Part shown: positions 26,758 to 35,681 of the stretch, one piece after another
Layout: the number at the start of each line of letters is the position of its first letter
How positions within the stretch are numbered: position 1 is the first letter of the stretch
IMG/VR virus record: IMGVR_UViG_3300012952_000022
Span: 5,515-69,514 of that record
Length of the DNA: 64,000 nucleotides
Direction: 5' to 3' (one strand)
Source: a virus
Taxonomy: Duplodnaviria; Caudoviricetes
Translations under genes and position numbers: made by a program
The notes under the pieces: model-generated
Databases searched by the model: none
Told to the model about the DNA's origin: nothing
The model's input: only the letters and a program-made list of their open reading frames with translations

Positions 26758-29700
26758 ATGGCAATAAAGAATAAGAGAAGATATACAACCCTAAGCATTC
26801 AGTCAGATCCTATAGATAGTGGAAATAACTTACTGGGTGATAATTCACCATCTAGTACAGAGAAAGTGTCTGTTTCATTTGTTGATAAAAGTGATGATTC
26901 AAATGATTCGCTTTCTGATAACTCTAAAGTTTCTTTCGCCGCAGCCCGTTTACGTGGGAAGACTCGCCGGAGCCAGACTGGTAACAACTATGCAATTTAT
27001 CGTCGGATTCCTTCAAGTTCTGTATCAAGAACTTTGCAGTCTGGCATATCTGCATCAACTACAGTTCGTGATACTAGCTCAGTAAGATTGTACACTCCTC
27101 CTGCAAAAAAGATTACAGAGGATGTTGATTCACGATCTTCGAAGAGCAGTATCCCTATCGGTGTTATGACTGGCATGGACGGTTATTTATTAGAACACTC
27201 TATATCTAATCTACGGCCTGAACTAATAGCATCATTTGATTGGATGCCGGCTAGATCTACTTCTGGTCGAAAAGGTTACATGGAGTCATTACTCGAGTTT
27301 CGTTGGGCGATGCGTCAGCTACAGATTGAAAATGTAGAAGAAGTTATTAAAGCGCTGAAAGATGCTGATATTGGGGGAGTATATACCCGGTTGCAGCAAA
27401 AGTATGAGTATTACTCTGAAAAAGAAGAGATGTGGATCGAGTGGAGAGAAAAAATTCTACAGGTTCTATCAAGCGCAAAGAAGTCTTTAGATATCAAAGA
27501 CAATTCGTGGCGGCTTCGTGGTGAAACGTCTAAGCTTTATGCAAAGAAATCCGAGTTGGGTACTTCAACTGGAAAAAACACGAATCTTAAAGACTTATTT
27601 ATAAACGATCTGAGATTCTCTGAAGAAGGCTACAAGAAGTTTAGCAATAGCAAGGTATATGGTCAAATGCTTTATGATCTATATTATGCATGCCGATACC
27701 ATTCTCCTGCACTTGTAACGGATAAAGAATCAGAGCGCTCTGAAGATGAAAATTCTACATCTCTCAATTACAGAATTGTTCCGAAGTCTAAATTTTATAA
27801 GTTCAGAATACAAAAATTAGGTAATAGGGAATGGAAAAACCAACGCGGCCAAAAAAGGTTTCATAAATTTGATGCGACTAAGTTTAATAACTACTCTAGA
27901 TTTATATCATCACTTCCTGCTGATGATTCTGATAAGATAAAGGTACTAACAACAACTATTTCTAACGAGATGTGTACTAGCGCAGGGATTGGGTATTTGA
28001 CTGGCACTAGCCTTGGTAAGAGATTCAATGTAGATCTACATAATCCATACTGGTGGGCCTTGGGAAGAGTTAGGAAAAATATTTTAGATGACGGTTGGCC
28101 ACGTGGCAGCTTAGCTTCGTTTGTTTTATTGAATGATTCTAGAAATCGCCTAATATTACCATTTGAGACCCGAGATTTTGCAGACAAGGACGGAAAGACA
28201 GCCGTTGCTGGATCAACTGCTTTAGTGGATGGTATCATGAGGTTTGGAAATCTTCATGATGGTTTGGATTTTGAGCCATATTTTGAATTTGGTTCTGAGC
28301 TAAAAAGCACGACAGACGATGTTGTTGAGTATCTACAGTTACTATTAAACATGAATGATCCGGATCAGCGGTTGCATTCTAGAAATATCTTTCTTAAGAT
28401 CTTAAAGTCGTTTGCTACATGCATCCATGGTACAAGGTCTAACGTACGTAAGAGTGAACAACAGCTAATTACTGCCGCTCTTATGAATTTATCTAGAGAG
28501 AACCCAAGGTTACGCCACAAATTGTTAAGGTTTACACTTGAGATTAGGGATGCTCGTGACCAACTAGTTATTGATACCGGCGCTGAAGAGTTTCTGGAGC
28601 CAGATGCAGATAGCCCAATACCACGTCCACCTGATCCCTCGATTCAACTAAGCAGAATAGGCGGATTCCGTCCCTATGCTGCTATTACAGCTGACTGGAT
28701 TCAGAAGACGTATAATATCTCCGCTAATGCTGCTATTAACTTAGTCCGGACTACATCATCATATAGTGAGCTATGGAAAAAAGCAAAAGAAGCTAGCGCT
28801 GCAGAGCAGGCTGAGCGAAGAAAAGAATATTATAGGATGGCGAGTAAGTGGCAGAGAACCTCACTTTATGCAGCTATTATAGCTAGAAATACAATGGATG
28901 ATTCTCGGCGCCCTCCGGAAGAAACAAATACACGGTCGATAATTAAGTTACGTCCCAGCGGTATAATATCAGCACTTAGAAAGTCTGCACAAGGGGTCAC
29001 ATCATATTACTCTTTGTTTTCCCATGTAATAAAAATTGCAAGGCAGATCCAGGAAGAGGCAGTTGAGTTAGCTGACAGGGATGGCGCTGGGGGTGTCTAT
29101 ATGGACGCTTCCCGCCTCACAAAGTATAATGGTTGGGATGAGAATGCACTAATTGCAGCAATATTCGAGATATTTACGATATTGTATACCAGGTTCGTTA
29201 GTGCTGAGCTAGTAAGGCATGGGCGGATGTGTTACGTTAAGTATAATGCAGAGATAAATGATCGAGCATATAAGGCCCTCGAGGATGTTATATCAATTTC
29301 TATGAATCAAGATCCTCACTCACGTGCCAAACAAATAAAAGAGCGTGAGGCTACCTCTGAGCAACCTGAAGAAATAGTGCTAACTAGAGACATGATGGAA
29401 GGAAAGCTGTCCGTACTTGACGCCCTTCAGTCTGCATCAAACGTTTCATCAGCAGAAGCTGTCTTTGCTGACATTCAGACTTTTATGAATATGTTTGATG
29501 ACGAACTTGAATTTAAGAACTTAATAATGAGCCATCTCCAGGCAATCGGTGATGATTTAGGCACATCTGCATTAAACGTTAAGACATTCTTTAACACAGG
29601 GGAAGAAGACTTCAGTATTACAGGCATAAAGAAATATCAAACTGCAGGTAGATATATTGAGTCGTCTAGAATTCGTAGATATATGGCATGGAAAACCAAG

Positions 29701-31374
29701 ACAGTATTCGGCCAAGATATTCTAAAATCATTAACACCCCACCAACTAGCTCTTCAGCGCGTGGCATCTAAGAAACTGTCTAGAAAAGAAAATGATGATT
29801 CTTATCTACCTTCTGAGATGATCCTTGAGGCCGAAGAAATAGTTGCCCTTAAGTCATTTCTTAACTCCCCTCCAATGAGGGGTGTTGTCGGGGGTAACAT
29901 TCGTGTTATGACGATTGGTGTACCAATGGACACGATTGACATCCTCCAGAACCCTCCCTATACATTAGGTAAGAAGAATAATACTGAACTTAGTAAGGCA
30001 AAAGATGTATTTGAGATTCATATACACAAAAGAGACTTAGAATATGAGGATATCGTTTTTAAGCCCAAGAAGTTTGTATATGATAGATCAATATTTCTGT
30101 TGCCAGAATCGTTTAAGAAAATATATCCTTCCGAGAACGTTGGAAGAAGAAAAAGAACACGCACATGGAACTTTGACGCGATGGTAAAAAGTACTGAGTT
30201 TACCATGGCTAATGAACATGGACTATACTCAAAGACTGCGTTACAATTATATGATCACTGGAAATATAAGGGTGTGCCAGGCAAGAAACGTGTAGAGATG
30301 ATTCAGAACCATATAACAAATCGATTGTTACACATTTATTATCGGCTACTTAATGGTTTAACTTTGGATGAAAACACTTTCTTAAAACATGAAGAGTGGG
30401 GCCAATTATTAGTTGATGCCGATGCTGCCAAGATGCTTCAATTAGCTCAAGCACATGAGAAGACTAAATGGTGGATTTATACAGGCACAATTCCTGCAGG
30501 AAATCTTTTATTAGATACAAAGATACAAAACAATCCCAGGACTCGTGTTGCAACATTCAAGGATGCAGAGATTTGGGCAAAGCCATCAATGGCACAACTA
30601 GCTAGACTTGCTAGGGATTTACGTATCGCAGAAAAAGGACACTCAAAGAGATACCATCGCCGTTCAAAGTATATCACATATGGTGAGGCATTTAGAAGAA
30701 GGTGGGGTACCGTCGCAAAACGAGCAAAATATCTACGAGCGATTCATCACCAACAGCTGTTGGTGGTAAAGAGCCGGTATCTTGCCGGCCACTCAAACTA
30801 TTATAAGTCTGGTAGCCGTGCTAATCCTACACCAAAGCAAAGAACGTATCCAATATCTAAAGCAGCAAGGCGTTATCGTTCTGCATGGAATAAGATGGTT
30901 CGAAAGCGAAATAAGTGGGTAAATAAAAAGAACAGAGAAGCTAGAAAACATAACAGGGCAATTGCCAGGTACCAGGCTAAAAGATTTAAGTTTCTCCGTC
31001 GGAGATTCTTTAGGAAAAAGCCTCGCTTGTCTTCTTATCATATGCAACATTTTAGAATGATATGTGCATCTAGAATCCTCGGGCCCTGTGCAATGATTAA
31101 CCAAATCCTTGCGCCGCGTACATTTGATAGGGTACTTATGATTCCAGTTGATCCAGATGACTTCGAAATTGATATGATTGCAACTACGGATGTCTTAGCT
31201 GGAAGATCAGCTGCTGAGCAAAAAGAGTTTTTAGATATGACAGAAGAAGTGCAGAATGAAGCCGGCCACATGATACGCAAACTTAAGCCTCGCCGGCGGT
31301 CTGAAAACTATAGTTCGTTTAATGATTTCTTTGCGACTGTTTCAACACTCTCAATAGAAGAGGATGATTCATAA
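26758..31374 (+). CDS. large (1538 aa) mostly helical basic protein of unknown function in the structural operon
   Basis: Long ORF coupled to both neighbours; Ser-rich N-terminus; extreme Arg/Lys block at 30634-31026. Confidence 0.55.
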   Translation: MAIKNKRRYTTLSIQSDPIDSGNNLLGDNSPSSTEKVSVSFVDKSDDSNDSLSDNSKVSFAAARLRGKTRRSQTGNNYAIYRRIPSSSVSRTLQSGISASTTVRDTSSVRLYTPPAKKITEDVDSRSSKSSIPIGVMTGMDGYLLEHSISNLRPELIASFDWMPARSTSGRKGYMESLLEFRWAMRQLQIENVEEVIKALKDADIGGVYTRLQQKYEYYSEKEEMWIEWREKILQVLSSAKKSLDIKDNSWRLRGETSKLYAKKSELGTSTGKNTNLKDLFINDLRFSEEGYKKFSNSKVYGQMLYDLYYACRYHSPALVTDKESERSEDENSTSLNYRIVPKSKFYKFRIQKLGNREWKNQRGQKRFHKFDATKFNNYSRFISSLPADDSDKIKVLTTTISNEMCTSAGIGYLTGTSLGKRFNVDLHNPYWWALGRVRKNILDDGWPRGSLASFVLLNDSRNRLILPFETRDFADKDGKTAVAGSTALVDGIMRFGNLHDGLDFEPYFEFGSELKSTTDDVVEYLQLLLNMNDPDQRLHSRNIFLKILKSFATCIHGTRSNVRKSEQQLITAALMNLSRENPRLRHKLLRFTLEIRDARDQLVIDTGAEEFLEPDADSPIPRPPDPSIQLSRIGGFRPYAAITADWIQKTYNISANAAINLVRTTSSYSELWKKAKEASAAEQAERRKEYYRMASKWQRTSLYAAIIARNTMDDSRRPPEETNTRSIIKLRPSGIISALRKSAQGVTSYYSLFSHVIKIARQIQEEAVELADRDGAGGVYMDASRLTKYNGWDENALIAAIFEIFTILYTRFVSAELVRHGRMCYVKYNAEINDRAYKALEDVISISMNQDPHSRAKQIKEREATSEQPEEIVLTRDMMEGKLSVLDALQSASNVSSAEAVFADIQTFMNMFDDELEFKNLIMSHLQAIGDDLGTSALNVKTFFNTGEEDFSITGIKKYQTAGRYIESSRIRRYMAWKTKTVFGQDILKSLTPHQLALQRVASKKLSRKENDDSYLPSEMILEAEEIVALKSFLNSPPMRGVVGGNIRVMTIGVPMDTIDILQNPPYTLGKKNNTELSKAKDVFEIHIHKRDLEYEDIVFKPKKFVYDRSIFLLPESFKKIYPSENVGRRKRTRTWNFDAMVKSTEFTMANEHGLYSKTALQLYDHWKYKGVPGKKRVEMIQNHITNRLLHIYYRLLNGLTLDENTFLKHEEWGQLLVDADAAKMLQLAQAHEKTKWWIYTGTIPAGNLLLDTKIQNNPRTRVATFKDAEIWAKPSMAQLARLARDLRIAEKGHSKRYHRRSKYITYGEAFRRRWGTVAKRAKYLRAIHHQQLLVVKSRYLAGHSNYYKSGSRANPTPKQRTYPISKAARRYRSAWNKMVRKRNKWVNKKNREARKHNRAIARYQAKRFKFLRRRFFRKKPRLSSYHMQHFRMICASRILGPCAMINQILAPRTFDRVLMIPVDPDDFEIDMIATTDVLAGRSAAEQKEFLDMTEEVQNEAGHMIRKLKPRRRSENYSSFNDFFATVSTLSIEEDDS

Positions 31375-33218
31375 TGCCAATTTCATATCCATCTAAGGTT
31401 TTAACAATACTCGACGTTCCTGAGGTTTGGCGTTTTAGGGCAAGGTTTAGGTACAACTTCTTTGTTCCTGACGAAAAAATTGATGTAACTGGTGATGCAA
31501 GGCTTCATGGCGCAACCACCTCAGATCTTAAACATTCACTACGTAAACGTATCCCAAGGTGGATTGAGTTTTCATTTGATCCTGCCGATGTCCGGACAAA
31601 TGCTAGTGTTGACAATGAGTTTGTTGCAGAATTATCAAAACCTCAAAACGTAGAAAAAATCATTAAGGATAACCTTGATAAGATTCAAAAAGAGATCGAC
31701 GTTGCTAGTAAGGGTTATTCAACATTAAACCTACAAGACCGCTCCATTGGTTATAAAGCGCATAAGCTTTTGCGATTATCAATGAGGATTCGAGGTAGAG
31801 CCCTAGGGTATGATAAAACATACTGGAATAAAAAGAAGGGCTGGCAATACACTCGTGCTAATACTGCCAAGTTATTAAACGAGATGACAGGGGATTATGT
31901 CGCTGGTAAATGGATTGTAAAAGCCATGGGCCGACTAAGGTACCGCTCCGTATATTATTATAGGACTAGATCTGGAAGAAGAAGGTCTTATCGTCCAAGG
32001 TGGTTGCGTACATTTAGAGCAATCAAACAATACAGCCAGATTAGTGATAAGTTTTTGCATGATATTTTGGTAAAATCTGTTGCAGACCCTACGTCTCCTT
32101 TCATGAATGAGTTGTCTTATAAGATTAAAGATGCTGCCGGAATTCAGGCACAGGCAAGGAAAGACGGACAACCAGGTATGATATCAGATTATGAGTATGC
32201 ACCCAACATCATTCCTATATCAATCGACAGGGTTAATCCTGGTGAGTTTAGAAGTGCAGTAAAAATCATTGGATATATTATTGATAAGTGGGAGCTACAA
32301 CCCAACAGAAGATATAAACGTTGTGAGCCTATTATCGTCGCTGGTTCTGCTAACGGTGTTGCTGTCGATACGAAAATAAAATATGGGGCATATTATTCAT
32401 ATTCTATTAGGGCAATTGCAATGTGCCAATTCCAAGCAATAGATGAAGAGACAGCACAGGTATATGCAATTTCCGGACTAATTTCATCTAGATCATCTAG
32501 AAAAAGTAGGGTAAGGTGTAGAGAGTATAGGCCACCTCCTCCTCCTGGCGACTTAGATTTCGTATGGGATTACCAGGAGAAAAAGCTTATGGTTATGTGG
32601 AGTTTTCCCGTAGTACCCCAGAGAGATATTAAAAGATTTCAGGTTTTTAAGAGAAAAAGTGTACATGATCCATATGAGCTTCAAATAGAGTATGATTTTG
32701 ATGATAGCGAAATACCAGATCCTCGTAGCGAAATGCCTCGTCGGTCTCGTGTCGTAGAGATGCAAGATCCAATGACAACTTATTGGGATGAAGAATTTAC
32801 TAAGGAGTCTTATGCTATATATTCATTATGTAGTATCGACGCACATGATTTTAGCTCAAATTATTCTGCACAATTCTTGGTCTGGTTTGATGAATCAAAG
32901 AATAAGTTAATGAAAAAAATGATATCGCCGTCAGGCGCGCCAAAGCCTTATCCTAACTTTTACCTATCGGAGGGTGTTGATCCGGTCAACGGTGAAATAA
33001 ACCTCACGAGTGATTGTATTAAAGATAGTGGCCATACTTCTTGTAAGATATTCTTTGATCCGGAATACTTATCTATCAAAGGCGAAGATGACGAGGATTT
33101 AGATTTGTGGACGACAAAACAAGAAGGTGGTTCATATAAATTACAGGTAATCAATACGGATAGGCAAAAGAGCCAAGTTATTGATATTGAAATAGATGAT
33201 TTACGGACTAATAAGTAA
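31374..33218 (+). CDS. basic virion protein with probable Fn3-like domains
   Basis: 614 aa; YYSYSIRAIA and PPPPPGDLDFVWDY...FQVFKRK Fn3-like motifs; TAATG overlap with the upstream gene. Confidence 0.5.
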   Translation: MPISYPSKVLTILDVPEVWRFRARFRYNFFVPDEKIDVTGDARLHGATTSDLKHSLRKRIPRWIEFSFDPADVRTNASVDNEFVAELSKPQNVEKIIKDNLDKIQKEIDVASKGYSTLNLQDRSIGYKAHKLLRLSMRIRGRALGYDKTYWNKKKGWQYTRANTAKLLNEMTGDYVAGKWIVKAMGRLRYRSVYYYRTRSGRRRSYRPRWLRTFRAIKQYSQISDKFLHDILVKSVADPTSPFMNELSYKIKDAAGIQAQARKDGQPGMISDYEYAPNIIPISIDRVNPGEFRSAVKIIGYIIDKWELQPNRRYKRCEPIIVAGSANGVAVDTKIKYGAYYSYSIRAIAMCQFQAIDEETAQVYAISGLISSRSSRKSRVRCREYRPPPPPGDLDFVWDYQEKKLMVMWSFPVVPQRDIKRFQVFKRKSVHDPYELQIEYDFDDSEIPDPRSEMPRRSRVVEMQDPMTTYWDEEFTKESYAIYSLCSIDAHDFSSNYSAQFLVWFDESKNKLMKKMISPSGAPKPYPNFYLSEGVDPVNGEINLTSDCIKDSGHTSCKIFFDPEYLSIKGEDDEDLDLWTTKQEGGSYKLQVINTDRQKSQVIDIEIDDLRTNK

Positions 33219-33223
33219 CCGAT

Positions 33224-33231
33224 ATATTTAT
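33224..33231 (+). promoter_or_regulatory. candidate late-promoter box ATATTTAT
   Basis: In the intergenic gap, 23 nt before the start of 33247; same box at 54997 and 60525. Confidence 0.5.
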
Positions 33232-33246
33232 CTGAGGAGCATGTAG

Positions 33247-33960
33247 ATGGGTTTTTTAGATCATTCAACAAATAACATTATTGTAGACGCAGTTTTAACA
33301 GATACCGGCAGAGCATTTTTAGCTAGAAATGACGGTTCTTTTTCAATTGTTAAGTTTGCGTTAGGTGATGACGAAGTTGATTATACAATTATTGAAAAGT
33401 TTGGCAGGACAGTTGGGAAAGAAAAAATTGAAAAAAATACCCCAATTTTCGAGTCACAAACGAGCGGAAATTTAGCATTAAAGCATAAGCTGGTTAGTGT
33501 TTCAAATCCAAACTTAATTAGGCTTCCAAGCTTAGCATTAGCTGGTGATGGATTAGACTCAACAGGTACAACACTGTCGATGTCTAGATCAGGTTCTGGT
33601 TCTAGCGTTACCTTAACGGTAACACAAGAAATTCAGAATGAAAGTACCATTGATGTTGAGTTAAGAGATCAGGCCTTTATTATTAAGGTACCAAGTAGGT
33701 TCCTACAATTACGCGGTATGACGCCCGATAATGTCGATGCCGATAATATTGCAACGTACATTGTGACCAGGGATCCGACAACAACTTCAGTCGGTGGTTC
33801 CAGGGTTACAGTACCTGTCGAAACAAAGTCAGTGACAGATTCACAATTTCTAATTTATGGAAATGCCAGTGATAAGAATGTAATCTCTTCTGTTATAAGT
33901 ATCGTAGGTATTCAATCGGGCGCTGTAAAAGAGTTTGAAGTTCAAATCTCTAAGAATTAA
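33247..33960 (+). CDS. baseplate/fibre-attachment protein with N-terminal tail-collar-fibre (DUF3751)-like half domain
   Basis: VLTDTGRAFLA...FSIVKFALGD resembles the ILTxxGxxxLA...IxxxAVGDG start of P2 gpH-type fibre N-termini. GAGGAG RBS upstream. Confidence 0.55.
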   Translation: MGFLDHSTNNIIVDAVLTDTGRAFLARNDGSFSIVKFALGDDEVDYTIIEKFGRTVGKEKIEKNTPIFESQTSGNLALKHKLVSVSNPNLIRLPSLALAGDGLDSTGTTLSMSRSGSGSSVTLTVTQEIQNESTIDVELRDQAFIIKVPSRFLQLRGMTPDNVDADNIATYIVTRDPTTTSVGGSRVTVPVETKSVTDSQFLIYGNASDKNVISSVISIVGIQSGAVKEFEVQISKN

Positions 33961-33978
33961 AGAGGGTTATAGAAAGTC

Positions 33979-35568
33979 ATGGCAACATTTAAAGAAATTT
34001 CAGCGGCGGATATTAAGACTAGCCGCTCAGCGTTAAATCAATTAGTTGATATTATCCAAGAGGATATATCTGGCTCAGATACTCGGAGAGAGTTCCAGGT
34101 ATTTGTTACCGGCGGAATTGGCCAGGGTGTAACATCATCTCTTTTCCAGACCGTATATGATCAGGATCATACGCTGCAAAGCGCAAATGCTGTTATGGAT
34201 ATGACGGTCGGTTTGTACTTTAGTGGTTCAACGGTTCAGGACAGTTTAATTTCAGAAGATGCTTCAGGTAAACTACTGTTTCCTTCTGAATCTATGATGA
34301 TGAGAGAGAAAGTTGACATTTATAAGCAGTTTGCTGCTACATTAATGGGCGACTCTGATGCATATTTTACGACGCCGTTTGGGTCTGATGAAGAAGATGA
34401 CCGTATTGATAATGCATTCTTTGTCTGTTTTAAGAGATTATTTGCTCGAGATAAGATTAAGCGTGAAACGTTTGCCATGAGGTTTTACCAGTCTGCTTCT
34501 TTAGCTGGTAACTCTTACAGATGTTGGAGAGAACAAGATTTAGTTGATAGAGATCTAATTCCAGTTGGTAACCCAGAACTTGAGCTAGACTCAGATGGAA
34601 ACCATCGAATTGATCCACCTCCGTATTGGGCTGATGGTGTTACCCCTAACCTTAATACTACATCAACTGGCTCAGTCGCAATTTTTACTGATATTGGTGC
34701 TGCAACCAGTAAACGAACTACATTCGGTGGCGAAGTTGCCGATATTGTAGACTCCGCTGACACCTCAAGAAAAGTAGGCCTATTATTTTATGATGCCGGT
34801 GTTGCAGTATTTAACGTCAATAGAATGATTGATCCTGATCAGGCTGTTATGGGAATCATTGATGGAATGAGCGCAGAGTCTGTAACTTCTATTAAATGTA
34901 ATTCTGCATGGATTAGCCATGGAGGTAGTGATGAACCTGATGGAAATGCTATTGATTCCTCTGACATCGTAGAGACATTAATGGCTCGCCCTGAAGGGGA
35001 TGAAAGCTCGAATTATGAGGTTCAGATTTCAAATGGCCAGGTTGGTATTGGGTATGGCTGGCTAGGACACCCAGTAACAGGTACACTTTCCGAATACTCA
35101 AATGCTGCGTTAGATTCGAATGACGACGATGACGTTAACCCGGGTTACATGGACGGTACCGGAGATGATTATGGAGCCGGAAACCCATATGCAAGGTTTG
35201 TTCCTGATTTTCTAGTATCAGGTTCGATCGATAATATTGTTGATCACTTTTCTACATGTAGATTCCAGTCTGGTTCACTGACTGCAATAACATTCCAAAA
35301 CGTAACTACAATTAACTCTACGCTTATCTTCTGTAGGGCAACGGCAGACGAGTTTAATTACTCTGCTAACCCATCATATGTCGATGAGGAAAATAGAATT
35401 GTAGTAATTGATGAAGGTCAGGAAGATACACAGAGATCATTTACGTTTCCAACGACTGTAGGAATGTATGACGCTAATGACAACCTATTAGCAGTTGCAA
35501 AATTATCTAGACCAATCGAAAAGAATGATGAAAAGGATATTACGATTCGTGTTAGACTAGACTTCTAA
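33979..35568 (+). CDS. baseplate protein with C-terminal TVGMYDxxxxLLAVAKLSRP domain
   Basis: C-terminus FPTTVGMYDANDNLLAVAKLSRPIEKNDEKDITIRVRLDF is paralogous to the C-terminus of 35682..41234. Confidence 0.55.
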   Translation: MATFKEISAADIKTSRSALNQLVDIIQEDISGSDTRREFQVFVTGGIGQGVTSSLFQTVYDQDHTLQSANAVMDMTVGLYFSGSTVQDSLISEDASGKLLFPSESMMMREKVDIYKQFAATLMGDSDAYFTTPFGSDEEDDRIDNAFFVCFKRLFARDKIKRETFAMRFYQSASLAGNSYRCWREQDLVDRDLIPVGNPELELDSDGNHRIDPPPYWADGVTPNLNTTSTGSVAIFTDIGAATSKRTTFGGEVADIVDSADTSRKVGLLFYDAGVAVFNVNRMIDPDQAVMGIIDGMSAESVTSIKCNSAWISHGGSDEPDGNAIDSSDIVETLMARPEGDESSNYEVQISNGQVGIGYGWLGHPVTGTLSEYSNAALDSNDDDDVNPGYMDGTGDDYGAGNPYARFVPDFLVSGSIDNIVDHFSTCRFQSGSLTAITFQNVTTINSTLIFCRATADEFNYSANPSYVDEENRIVVIDEGQEDTQRSFTFPTTVGMYDANDNLLAVAKLSRPIEKNDEKDITIRVRLDF

Positions 35569-35681
35569 GGCGAGGGTGTAATGTTATTTTTGTCTAATGT
35601 TTCGATAGCTCCAGAAATTAACGTATATGCAAAAGCGTCTGTTCCACATGGGACAACTAAAGATAGCTCAGGTGTGGTCAA

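Noticed and set aside
26758-31374. Tape measure protein assignment
   Set aside because: Helical and large, but I saw no Ala/Gly-rich tape repeats or lytic domains, and it is not next to the tube/chaperone genes. Left unassigned.
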